Position numbers and translations under genes: made by a program
Shown: piece by piece, positions 1-13,816 of the stretch
How the letters are laid out: each line of letters starts with the position of its first letter
How positions within the stretch are numbered: position 1 is the first letter of the stretch
NCBI GenBank assembly: GCA_002269645.1
Contig: NIVC01001180.1
Location: 1 to 64,000 of the forward strand
Source of the DNA: Macrostomum lignano
Taxonomy: Eukaryota
Direction of reading: 5' to 3'
DNA: 64,000 nt
Notes under the pieces: model-generated
What the model was told of the DNA's origin: nothing
Seen by the model: the letters and a program-made list of their open reading frames with translations, nothing else
Database searches by the model: none

Positions 1-3000
1 ACATGAAACACAGCTGGAGAGACAGGAGACACAGCTAGAGAGACAGAAGACACAGCTAAAGAGACAGGAGACAGTGAGAGAGACATGAAACACAGCTGGA
101 GAGACAGGAGACACAGCTAGAGAGACAGAAGACACAGCTAAGAGACAGAGACACAGCTAAAGAGACAGGAGACACAGTGAGAGAGACATGAAACACAGCT
201 GGAGAGACAGGAGACACAGCTAGAGAGACAGAAGACACAGCTAAAGAGACAGGAGACACAGTGAGAGAGACATGAAACACAGCTGGAGAGACAGGAGACA
301 CAGCTAGAGAGACAGAAGACACAGCTAAAGAGACAGGAGACACAGTGAGAGAGACATGAAACACAGCTGGAGAGACAGGAGACACAGCTAGAGAGACAGA
401 AGACACAGCTAAAGAGACAGGAGACACAGTGAGAGAGACATGAAACACAGCTGGAGAGACAGGAGACACAGCTAGAGAGACAGAAGACACAGCTAAAGAG
501 ACAGGAGACACAGTGAGAGAGACATGAAACACAGCTGGAGAGACAGGAGACACAGCTAGAGAGACAGAAGACACAGCTAAAGAGACAGGAGACACAGTGA
601 GAGAGACATGAAACACAGCTGGAGAGACAGGAGACACAGCTAGAGAGACAGAAGACACAGCTAAAGAGACAGGAGACACAGTGAGAGAGACATGAAACAC
701 AGCTGGAGAGACAGGAGACACAGCTAGAGAGACAGAAGACACAGCTAGAGAGACATAAGACACAGCTGGAGAGACAGAAGACACAGCTAGAGAGACAGAA
801 GACACAGCTAGAGAGACAGAAGACACAGCTAGAGAGACAGAAGACACAGCTAAAGAGACAGGAGACACAGTGAGAGAGACATGAAACACAGCTGGAGAGA
901 CAGAGACACAGCTAGAGAGACAGAAGACACAGCTAAAGAGACAGGAGACACAGTGAGAGAGACATGAAACACAGCTGGAGAGACAGGAGACACAGCTAGA
1001 GAGACAGAAGACACAGCTAAAGAGACAGGAGACACAGTGAGAGAGACATGAAACACAGCTGGAGAGACAGGAGACACAGCTAGAGAGACAGAAGACACAG
1101 CTAAAGAGACAGGAGACACAGTGAGAGAGACATGAAACACAGCTGGAGAGACAGGAGACACAGCTAGAGAGACAGAAGACACAGCTAAAGAGACAGGAGA
1201 CACAGTGAGAGAGACATGAAACACAGCTGGAGAGACAGGAGACACAGCTAGAGAGACAGAAGACACAGCTAGAAAGAGACAGGAGACACAGTGAGAGAGA
1301 CATGAAACACAGCTGGAGAGACAGGAGACACAGCTAGAGAGACAGAAGACACAGCTAGAGAGACAGGAGACACAGCTAAAGAGACAGGAGACACAGTGAG
1401 AGAGACATGAAACACAGCTGGAGAGACAGGAGACACAGCTAGAGAGACAGAAGACACAGCTAAAGAGACAGGAGACACAGTGAGAGAGACATGAAACACA
1501 GCTGGAGAGACAGGAGACACAGCTAGAGAGACAGAAGACACAGCTAAAGAGACAGGAGACACAGTGAGAGAGACATGAAACACAGCTGGAGAGACAGGAG
1601 ACACAGCTAGAGAGACAGAAGACACAGCTAAAGAGACAGGAGACACAGTGAGAGAGACATGAAACACAGCTGGAGAGACAGGAGACACAGCTAGAGAGAC
1701 AGAAGACACAGCTAAAGAGACAGGAGACACAGTGAGAGAGACATGAAACACAGCTGGAGAGACAGGAGACACAGCTAGAGAGACAGAAGACACAGCTAAA
1801 GAGACAGGAGACACAGTGAGAGAGACATGAAACACAGCTGGAGAGACAGGAGACACAGCTAGAGAGACAGAAGACACAGCTAGAGAGACAGGAGACACAG
1901 CTAGAGAGACAGAAGACACAGCTAGAGAGACAGGAGACACAGCTAGAGAGAGACAGGAGACACAGCAGAGAGACAGGAGACACAGGAGAGAGACAGAGAC
2001 ACAGCTAAGAGACAGAGACACAGCGAGAGAGACAAGAAGACACAGCTGGAGAGACAGGAGACACAGCTAGAGAGACAGGAGACACAGCTGGAGAGACAGG
2101 AGACACAGCTAGAGAGACAGAAGACACAGCTAAAGAGACAGGAGACACAGTGAGAGAGACATGAAACACAGCTGGAGAGACAGGAGACACAGCTAGAGAG
2201 ACAGAAGACACAGCTAAAGAGACAGGAGACACAGTGAGAGAGACATGAAACACAGCTGGAGAGACAGAGACACAGCTAGAGAGACAGAAGACACAGCTAA
2301 AGAGACAGGAGACACAGTGAGAGAGACATGAAACACAGCTGGAGAGACAGGAGACACAGCTAGAGAGACAGAAGACACAGCTAAAGAGACAGGAGACACA
2401 GTGAGAGAGACATGAAACACAGCTGGAGAGACAGGAGACACAGCTAGAGAGACAGAAGACACAGCTAAAGAGACAGGAGACATAGCTAAAGAGACAGTGA
2501 GACACAGGACACTGAGAGAGACATAAACACAGCTGGAGAGACAGGAGACACAGCTAGAGAGACAGAAGACACAGCTAAAGAGACAGGAGACACAGTGAGA
2601 GAGACATGAAACACAGCTGGAGAGACAGGAGACACAGCTAGAGAGACAGAAGACACAGCTAAAGAGACAGGAGACACAGTGAGAGAGACATGAAACACAG
2701 CTGGAGAGACAGGAGACACAGCTAGAGAGACAGAAGACACAGCTAAAGAGACAGGAGACACAGTGAGAGAGACATGAAACACAGCTGGAGAGACAGGAGA
2801 CACAGCTAGAGAGACAGAAGACACAGCTAAAGAGACAGGAGACACAGTGAGAGAGACATGAAACACAGCTGGAGAGACAGGAGACACAGCTAGAGAGACA
2901 GAAGACACAGCTAAAGAGACAGGAGACACAGTGAGAGAGACATGAAACACAGCTGGAGAGACAGGAGACACAGCTAGAGAGACAGAAGACACAGCTAAAG

Positions 3001-6000
3001 AGACAGGAGACACAGTGAGAGAGACATGAAACACAGCTGGAGAGACAGGAGACACAGCTAGAGAGACAGAAGACACAGCTAAAGAGACAGGAGACACAGC
3101 TGAGAGACAGAAACACAGCTAGAGAGACAGAAGACACAGCTAGAGAGACAGAGACACAGCTAGAGAGACAGAAGACACAGCTAAAGAGACAGGAGACACA
3201 GTGAGAGAGACATGAAACACAGCTGGAGAGACAGAGACACAGCTAGAGAGACAGAAGACACAGCTAAAGAGACAGGAGACACAGTGAGAGAGACATGAAA
3301 CACAGCTGGAGAGACAGGAGACACAGCTAGAGAGACAGAAGACACAGCTAAAGAGACAGGAGACACAGTGAGAGAGACATGAAACACAGCTGGAGAGACA
3401 GGAGACACAGCTAGAGAGACAGAGACACAGCTAAGGACAGAGACAGCTAAAGAGACAGGAGACACAGTGAGAGAGACATGAAACACAGCTGGAGAGACAG
3501 GAGACACAGCTAGAGAGACAGAAGACACAGCTAAAGAGACAGGAGACACAGTGAGAGAGACATGAAACACAGCTGGAGAGACAGGAGACACAGCTAGAGA
3601 GACAGAAGACACAGCTAAAGAGACAGGAGACACAGTGAGAGAGACATGAAACACAGCTGGAGAGACAGGAGACACAGCTAGAGAGACAGAAGACACAGCT
3701 AAAGAGACAGGAGACACAGTGAGAGAGACATGAAACACAGCTGGAGAGACAGGAGACACAGCTAGAGAGACAGAAGACACAGCTAAAGAGACAGGAGACA
3801 CAGTGAGAGAGACATGAAACACAGCTGGAGAGACAGGAGACACAGCTAGAGAGACAGAAGACACAGCTAAAGAGACAGGAGACACAGTGAGAGAGACATG
3901 AAACACAGCTGGAGAGACAGGAGACACAGCTAGAGAGACAGAAGACACAGCTAAAGAGACAGGAGACACAGTGAGAGAGACATGAAACACAGCTGGAGAG
4001 ACAGGAGACACAGCTAGAGAGACAGAAGACACAGCTAAAGAGACAGGAGACACAGTGAGAGAGACATGAAACACAGCTGGAGAGACAGGAGACACAGCTA
4101 GAGAGACAGAAGACACAGCTAAAGAGACAGGAGACACAGTGAGAGAGACATGAAACACAGCTGGAGAGACAGGAGACACAGCTAGAGAGACAGAAGACAC
4201 AGCTAAAGAGACAGGAGACACAGTGAGAGAGACATGAAACACAGCTGGAGAGACAGGAGACACAGCTAGAGAGACAGAAGACACAGCTAAAGAGACAGGA
4301 GACACAGTGAGAGAGACATGAAACACAGCTGGAGAGACAGGAGACACAGCTAGAGAGACAGAGACACAGCTAGAGAGACAGAAGACACAGCTAAAGAGAC
4401 AGGAGACACAGTGAGAGAGACATGAAACACAGCTGGAGAGACAGGAGACACAGCTAGAGAGACAGAAGACACAGCTAAAGAGACAGGAGACACAGTGAGA
4501 GAGACATGAAACACAGCTGGAGAGACAGGAGACACAGCTAGAGAGACAGAAGACACAGCTAAAGAGACAGGAGACACAGTGAGAGAGACATGAAACACAG
4601 CTGGAGAGACAGGAGACACAGCTAGAGAGACAGAAGACACAGCTAGAGACAGGAGACACAGCTAGAGAGACAGAGACACAGCTAAAGAGACAGGAGACAC
4701 AGTGAGAGAGACATGAAGACACAGCTGGAGAGACAGGAGACACAGCTAGAGAGACAGAAGACACAGCTAAAGAGACAGGAGACACAGTGAGAGAGACATG
4801 AAACACAGCTGGAGAGACAGGAGACACAGCTAGAGAGACAGAAGACACAGCTAAAGAGACAGGAGACACAGTGAGAGAGACATGAAACACAGCTGGAGAG
4901 ACAGGAGACACAGTGAGAGAGACATGAAACACAGCTGGAGAGACAGGAGACACAGCTAGAGAGACAGAAGACACAGCTAAAGAGACAGGAGACACAGTGA
5001 GAGAGACATGAAACACAGCTGGAGAGACAGGAGACACAGCTAGAGAGACAGAAGACACAGCTAAAGAGACAGGAGACACAGTGAGAGAGACATGAAACAC
5101 AGCTGGAGAGACAGGAGACACAGCTAGAGAGACAGAAGACACAGCTAAAGAGACAGGAGACACAGTGAGAGAGACATGAAACACAGCTGGAGAGACAGGA
5201 GACACAGCTAGAGAGACAGAAGACACAGCTAAAGAGACAGGAGACACAGTGAGAGAGACATGAAACACAGCTGGAGAGACAGGAGACACAGCTAGAGAGA
5301 CAGAAGACACAGCTAAAGAGACAGGAGACATAGCTAAAGAGACAGGAGACACAGTGAGAGAGACATGAAACACAGCTGGAGAGACAGGAGACACAGCTAG
5401 AGAGACAGAAGACACAGCTAAAGAGACAGGAGACACAGTGAGAGAGACATGAAACACAGCTGGAGAGACAGGAGACACAGCTAGAGAGACAGAAGACACA
5501 GCTAAAGAGACAGGAGACACAGTGAGAGAGACATGAAACACAGCTGGAGAGACAGGAGACACAGCTAGAGAGACAGAAGACACAGCTAAAGAGACAGGAG
5601 ACACAGTGAGAGAGACATGAAACACAGCTGGAGAGACAGGAGACACAGCTAGAGAGACAGAAGACACAGCTAAAGAGACAGGAGACACAGTGAGAGAGAC
5701 ATGAAACACAGCTGGAGAGACAGGAGACACAGCTAGAGAGACAGAAGACACAGCTAAAGAGACAGGAGACACAGTGAGAGAGACATGAAACACAGCTGGA
5801 GAGACAGGAGACACAGCTAGAGAGACAGAAGACACAGCTAAAGAGACAGGAGACACAGTGAGAGAGACATGAAACACAGCTGGAGAGACAGGAGACACAG
5901 CTAGAGAGACAGAAGACACAGCTAAAGAGACAGGAGACACAGTGAGAGAGACATGAAACACAGCTGGAGAGACAGGAGACACAGCTAGAGAGACAGAAGA

Positions 6001-9000
6001 CACAGCTAGAGAGACAGGAGACACAGCTAGAGACAGAGACACAGCTAGAGAGACAGAGACACAGCTGAGAGACAGAGACACAGCTAGAGAGACAGAAGAC
6101 ACAGCTAAAGAGACAGGAGACACAGTGAGAGAGACATGAAACACAGCTGGAGAGACAGAGACACAGCTAGAGAGACAGAAGACACAGCTAAAGAGACAGG
6201 AGACACAGTGAGAGAGACATGAAACACAGCTGGAGAGACAGGAGACACAGCTAGAGAGACAGAAGACACAGCTAAAGAGACAGGAGACACAGTGAGAGAG
6301 ACATGAAACACAGCTGGAGAGACAGGAGACACAGCTAGAGAGACAGAAGACACAGCTAAAGAGACAGGAGACACAGTGAGAGAGACATGAAACACAGCTG
6401 GAGAGACAGGAGACACAGCTAGAGAGACAGAAACACAGCTAAAGAGACAGGAGACACAGTGAGAGAGACAGAAACACAGCTAGAGAGACAGGAGACACAG
6501 CTAGAGAGACAGAAGACACAGCTAAAGAGACAGGAGACACAGTGAGAGAGACATGAAACACAGCTGGAGAGACAGGAGACACAGCTAGAGAGACAGAAGA
6601 CACAGCTAAAGAGACAGGAGACACAGTGAGAGAGACATGAAACACAGCTGGAGAGACAGGAGACACAGCTAGAGAGACAGAAGACACAGCTAAAGAGACA
6701 GGAGACACAGTGAGAGAGACATGAAACACAGCTGGAGAGACAGGAGACACAGTGAGAGAGACAGAAACACAGCTAGAGACAGGAGACACAGTAGAGAGAC
6801 AGAAGACACAGCTGGAGAGACAGGAGACACAGCTAGAGAGACAGAAGACACAGCTAGAGACAGGAGACACAGCTAGAGAGACAGAAGACACAGCTAGAGA
6901 CAGGAGACACAGCTAGAGAGACAGAAGACACAGCTAAAGAGACAGGAGACACAGTGAGAGAGACATGAAACACAGCTGGAGAGACAGGAGACACAGCTAG
7001 AGAGACAGAAGACACAGCTAAGAGACAGGAGACACAGCTAGAGAGACAGAAGACACAGCTAAAGAGACAGGAGACACAGCTGAGAGAGACAGAAACACAG
7101 CTGGAGAGACAGGAGACACAGCTAGAGAGACAGAAGACACAGCTAAAGAGACAGGAGACACAGTGAGAGAGACATGAAACACAGCTGGAGAGACAGGAGA
7201 CACAGCTAGAGAGACAGAAGACACAGCTAAAGAGACAGGAGACACAGTGAGAGAGACATGAAACACAGCTGGAGAGACAGGAGACACAGCTAGAGAGACA
7301 GAAGACACAGCTAAAGAGACAGGAGACACAGCTAGAGAGACAGAAGACACAGCTAAAGAGACAGGAGACACAGTGAGAGAGACATGAAACACAGCTGGAG
7401 AGACAGGAGACACAGCTAGAGAGACAGAAGACACAGCTAAAGAGACAGGAGACACAGTGAGAGAGACATGAAACACAGCTGGAGAGACAGGAGACACAGC
7501 TAGAGAGACAGAAGACACAGCTAAAGAGACAGGAGACACAGTGAGAGAGACATGAAACACAGCTGGAGAGACAGGAGACACAGCTAGAGAGACAGAAGAC
7601 ACAGCTGGAGAGACAGGAGACACAGCTAGAGAGACAGAAGACACAGCTAGAGAGACAGAAGACACAGCTAAAGAGACAGGAGACACAGTGAGAGAGACAT
7701 GAAACACAGCTGGAGAGACAGGAGACACAGCTAGAGAGACAGAAGACACAGCTAAAGAGACAGGAGACACAGTGAGAGAGACATGAAACACAGCTGGAGA
7801 GACAGGAGACACAGCTAGAGAGACAGAAGACACAGCTAAAGAGACAGGAGACACAGTGAGAGAGACATGAAACACAGCTGGAGAGACAGGAGACACAGCT
7901 AGAGAGACAGAAGACACAGCTAAAGAGACAGGAGACACAGTGAGAGAGACATGAAACACAGCTGGAGAGACAGGAGACACAGCTAGAGAGACAGAAGACA
8001 CAGCTAAAGAGACAGGAGACACAGTGAGAGAGACATGAAACACAGCTGGAGAGACAGGAGACACAGCTAGAGAGACAGAAGACACAGCTAAAGAGACAGG
8101 AGACACAGTGAGAGAGACATGAAACACAGCTGGAGAGACAGGAGACACAGCTAGAGAGACAGAAGACACAGCTAAAGAGACAGGAGACACAGTGAGAGAG
8201 ACATGAAACACAGCTGGAGAGACAGGAGACACAGCTAGAGAGACAGAAGACACAGCTAAAGAGACAGGAGACACAGTGAGAGAGACATGAAACACAGCTG
8301 GAGAGACAGGAGACACAGTGAGAGAGACATGAAACACAGCTAAGAGACAGGAGACACAGCTAGAGAGACAGAAGACACAGCTAAAGAGACAGGAGACACA
8401 GTAGAGAGACAGAAGACACAGCTAGAGACAGGAGACACAGTAGAGAGACAGAAGACACAGCTAAAGAGACAGGAGACACAGCTAGAGAGACAGAACACAG
8501 CTAAAGAGACAGGAGACACAGTGAGAGACAGAAACACAGCTAGAGACAGGAGACACAGCTAGAGAGACAGGAGACGCAGCTGGAGAGACAGGAGACACAG
8601 CTAGAGAGACAGAAGACACAGCTAAAGAGACAGGAGACACAGTGAGAGAGACATGAAACACAGCTGGAGAGACAGGAGACACAGCTAGAGAGACAGAAGA
8701 CACAGCTAAAGAGACAGGAGACACAGTGAGAGAGACATGAAACACAGCTGGAGAGACAGGAGACACAGCTAGAGAGACAGAAGACACAGCTAAAGAGACA
8801 GGAGACACAGTGAGAGAGACATGAAACACAGCTGGAGAGACAGGAGACACAGCTAGAGAGACAGAAGACACAGCTAAAGAGACAGGAGACACAGTGAGAG
8901 AGACATGAAACACAGCTGGAGAGACAGGAGACACAGCTAGAGAGACAGAAGACACAGCTAAAGAGACAGGAGACACAGCTAAGAGACAGAGACACAGTGA

Positions 9001-12000
9001 GAGAGACATGAAACACAGCTGGAGAGACAGGAGACACAGCTAGAGAGACAGAAGACACAGCTAAAGAGACAGGAGACACAGTGAGAGAGACATGAAACAC
9101 AGCTGGAGAGACAGGAGACACAGCTAGAGAGACAGAAGACACAGCTAAAGAGACAGGAGACACAGTGAGAGAGACATGAAACACAGCTGGAGAGACAGGA
9201 GACACAGCTAGAGAGACAGAAGACACAGCTAAAGAGACAGGAGACACAGTGAGAGAGACATGAAACACAGCTGGAGAGACAGGAGACACAGCTAGAGAGA
9301 CAGAAGACACAGCTAAAGAGACAGGAGACACAGTGAGAGAGACATGAAACACAGCTGGAGAGACAGGAGACACAGCTAGAGAGACAGAAGACACAGCTAA
9401 AGAGACAGGAGACACAGTGAGAGAGACATGAAACACAGCTGGAGAGACAGGAGACACAGCTAGAGAGACAGAAGACACAGCTAAGAGACAGGAGACACAG
9501 TGAGAGACAGAAGACACAGCTAGAGAGACAGAAGACACAGCTGAGAGACAGGAGACACAGCTAGAGAGACAGAAGACACAGCTAAAGAGACAGGAGACAC
9601 AGTGAGAGAGACATGAAACACAGCTGGAGAGACAGGAGACACAGCTAGAGAGACAGAAGACACAGCTAAAGAGACAGGAGACACAGTGAGAGAGACATGA
9701 AACACAGCTGGAGAGACAGGAGACACAGCTAGAGAGACAGAAGACACAGCTAAAGAGACAGGAGACACAGTGAGAGAGACATGAAACACAGCTGGAGAGA
9801 CAGGAGACACAGCTAGAGAGACAGAAGACACAGCTAAAGAGACAGGAGACACAGTGAGAGAGACATGAAACACAGCTGGAGAGACAGGAGACACAGCTAG
9901 AGAGACAGAAGACACAGCTAAAGAGACAGGAGACACAGTGAGAGAGACAGAAACACAGCTGGAGAGACAGGAGACACAGCTAGAGAGACAGAAGACACAG
10001 CTAAAGAGACAGGAGACACAGTGAGAGAGACATGAAACACAGCTGGAGAGACAGGAGACACAGCTAGAGAGACAGAAGACACAGCTAAAGAGACAGGAGA
10101 CACAGTGAGAGAGACATGAAACACAGCTGGAGAGACAGGAGACACAGCTAGAGAGACAGAAGACACAGCTAGAGACAGGAGACACAGTGAGAGAGACAGA
10201 AGACACAGCTAGAGACAGGAGACACAGTGAGAGAGACAGAAGACACAGCTAGAGACAGGAGACACAGCTAGAGAGACAGAAGACACAGCTAGAGACAGGA
10301 GACACAGCTAGAGAGACAGAAACACAGCTAAAGAGACAGGAGACACAGTGAGAGAGACAGAAGACACAGCTAAAGAGACAGGAGACACAGCAGAGAGACA
10401 GAAGACACAGCTAAAGAGACAGGAGACACAGTGAGAGACAGAAACACAGCTAGAGACAGGAGACACAGCTAGAGAGACAGAAGACACAGCTAGAGACAGG
10501 AGACACAGCTAGAGAGACAGAAGACACAGCTAAAGAGACAGGAGACACAGTGAGAGAGACATGAAACACAGCTGGAGAGACAGGAGACACAGCTAGAGAG
10601 ACAGAAGACACAGCTAAAGAGACAGGAGACACAGTGAGAGAGACATGAAACACAGCTGGAGAGACAGGAGACACAGCTAGAGAGACAGAAGACACAGCTA
10701 AAGAGACAGGAGACACAGTGAGAGAGACATGAAACACAGCTGGAGAGACAGGAGACACAGCTAGAGAGACAGAAGACACAGCTAAAGAGACAGGAGACAC
10801 AGTGAGAGAGACATGAAACACAGCTGGAGAGACAGGAGACACAGCTAGAGAGACAGAAGACACAGCTAAAGACAGACAGGAGACACACAGTGAGAGAGAC
10901 ATGAAACACAGCTGGAGAGACAGGAGACACAGCTAGAGAGACAGAAGACACAGCTAAAGAGACAGGAGACACAGTGAGAGAGACATGAAACACAGCTGGA
11001 GAGACAGGAGACACAGCTAGAGAGACAGAAGACACAGCTAAAGAGACAGGAGACACAGTGAGAGAGACATGAAACACAGCTGGAGAGACAGGAGACACAG
11101 CTAGAGAGACAGAAGACACAGCTAAAGAGACAGGAGACACAGTGAGAGAGACATGAAACACAGCTGGAGAGACAGGAGACACAGCTAGAGAGACAGAAGA
11201 CACAGCTAAAGAGACAGGAGACACAGTGAGAGAGACATGAAACACAGCTGGAGAGACAGGAGACACAGCTAGAGAGACAGAAGACACAGCTAAAGAGACA
11301 GGAGACACAGTGAGAGAGACATGAAACACAGCTGGAGAGACAGGAGACACAGCTAGAGAGACAGAAGACACAGCTAAAGAGACAGGAGACACAGTGAGAG
11401 AGACATGAAACACAGCTGGAGAGACAGGAGACACAGCTAGAGAGACAGAAGACACAGCTAAAGAGACAGGAGACACAGTGAGAGAGACATGAAACACAGC
11501 TGGAGAGACAGGAGACACAGCTAGAGAGACAGAAGACACAGCTAAAGAGACAGGAGACACAGAGACAGAGACACAGTGAGAGAGACATGAAACACAGCTG
11601 GAGAGACAGGAGACACAGCTAGAGAGACAGAAGACACAGCTAAAGAGACAGGAGACACAGTGAGAGAGACATGAAACACAGCTGGAGAGACAGGAGACAC
11701 AGCTAGAGAGACAGAAGACACAGCTAAAGAGACAGGAGACACAGTGAGAGAGACATGAAACACAGCTGGAGAGACAGGAGACACAGCTAGAGAGACAGAA
11801 GACACAGCTAAAGAGACAGGAGACACAGTGAGAGAGACATGAAACACAGCTGGAGAGACAGGAGACACAGCTAGAGAGACAGAAGACACAGCTAAAGAGA
11901 CAGGAGACACAGTGAGAGAGACATGAAACACAGCTGGAGAGACAGGAGACACAGCTAGAGAGACAGAAGACACAGCTAAAGAGACAGGAGACACAGTGAG

Positions 12001-12937
12001 AGAGACATGAAACACAGCTGGAGAGACAGGAGACACAGCTAGAGAGACAGAAGACACAGCTAAAGAGACAGGAGACACAGTGAGAGAGACATGAAACACA
12101 GCTGGAGAGACAGGAGACACAGCTAGAGAGACAGAAGACACAGCTAAAGAGACAGGAGACACAGTGAGAGACAGAAACACAGCTGGAGAGACAGGAGACA
12201 CAGCTAGAGAGACAGAAGACACAGCTAGAGAGACAGAAGACACAGCTAAAGAGACAGGAGACACAGTGAGAGAGACATGAAACACAGCTGAGAGACAGAG
12301 ACACAGCTAGAGAGACAGAAGACACAGCTAAAGAGACAGGAGACACAGTGAGAGAGACATGAAACACAGCTGGAGAGACAGGAGACACAGCTAGAGAGAC
12401 AGAAGACACAGCTAAAGAGACAGGAGACACAGTGAGAGAGACATGAAACACAGCTGGAGAGACAGGAGACACAGCTAGAGAGACAGAAGACACAGCTAAA
12501 GAGACAGGAGACACAGTGAGAGAGACATGAAACACAGCTGGAGAGACAGGAGACACAGCTAGAGAGACAGAAGACACAGCTAAAGAGACAGGAGACACAG
12601 TGAGAGAGACATGAAACACAGCTGGAGAGACAGGAGACACAGCTAGAGAGACAGAAGACACAGCTAAAGAGACAGGAGACACAGTGAGAGAGACATGAAA
12701 CACAGCTGGAGAGACAGGAGACACAGCTAGAGAGACAGGAGACAGCTAGAGAGACAGGAGACACAGCTAGAGAGACAGGAGACCCACAGCGAGAGAGAGG
12801 AGACCCACAGCGAGAGAGACAGGAGACCCACAGCGAGAGAGACAGGAGACACAGCTAGAGAGACAGGAGACACAGCTAGAGAGACAGGAGACACAGTGAG
12901 AGAGACAGGAGACCCAGTGAGAGAGACATGAAACACA
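1..12937. repeat. Satellite array: 84-bp higher-order repeat of four 21-bp monomers (ACACAGCTGGAGAGACAGGAG / ACACAGCTAGAGAGACAGAAG / ACACAGCTAAAGAGACAGGAG / ACACAGTGAGAGAGACATGAA); continues beyond the left edge
   Basis: ACATG recurs every 84 bp (e.g. 186, 270). The + strand is strongly purine-rich. Minus-strand ORFs repeat a 28-aa unit (VSPVSPAVFHVSLTVSPVSLAVSSVSLA). The array ends abruptly at ~12937. Confidence 0.97.
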
Positions 12938-13816
12938 TGGTGTTTATGGCTCAAAACTCAAACACTTAATCTAATGCTGCTGCAGAATAATTGTCAGCTG
13001 ATCACCCCAGCTGACTTGTGGCAATTCAAGAAACGCGTCCTCAATTTTCATAAACATCTTACATTGATTGCTCCAATCTGCAATTTCTAAGTTCTGTAGG
13101 CCCAGCATTATCAACGGGATGGGGGTGAAGTAACTAATGGGTTTTTGGGGAAAAATAAATGGTCTTCTTGGCTGTTAGCGCGTTAAGTCGGCAGCTCCCC
13201 TCTGACAGAGAGGGAGAGAGTGCATGGGGAGGAGAAAGGCGGGAGGTTTGTTTAAACGGCTACCCGCGAGACTGACTGCGGCCTCAGCAGTGCTAATGGA
13301 GCTCGCCTGCAGGGGCCGTACCCCCGCCCCGATGGGAGTGTTGACAGGGTCCTCCATCACTCCGCAGCATCCCTACCCCACCTGGTATTCAGGTACAGCG
13401 CAAAGCGGGTGGCAGCTGTTCAGTTGCATCATCCCGACATTGGGCAGAGAGACCGCCCTCGGTTGGAAACTAAAAACAGTTTTCTGGGGAGGGTGGGGAG
13501 GGGGCATTCCAGGGTTAGGACAAGGCCGCGGGGATCCCGGAGACTCTGTCCTCTGCCCGTGACTGCCAGAGATTTTTATCCCTTGAACTTCGGTGAGGGG
13601 AGAAAAGAATTTCTCTGGTATTTTCCTGGCTTATAATTGGCAGCGACAGGCTGCAGGGGGAGGGCGTTGCCATGCGGTTGCACTTTATGGGATTTTCTTT
13701 AACCGCAGCTGCTTCAGGATAATAGTTACCAGTCTGCGTGCCGATTTGAATTGCCGCGCCTTTGTTATTTCGGCTGGCCCGCTGTGGGGCTGGTCGGGGG
13801 TTCCGCTTCGAGTGTT

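Noticed and set aside
56-12954. Long minus-strand ORFs (up to 987 aa) of VSPVSLAVSS/CVSCLSS repeats
   Set aside because: They are stop-free frames of the satellite, shift frame wherever the array is irregular, and show no gene structure.
13297-13393. MELACRGRTP...WYSG as exon 1 of the membrane-protein gene
   Set aside because: Its phase-1 donor does not join the candidate acceptors at ~13708 (early stop) or 15412 (phase 0).
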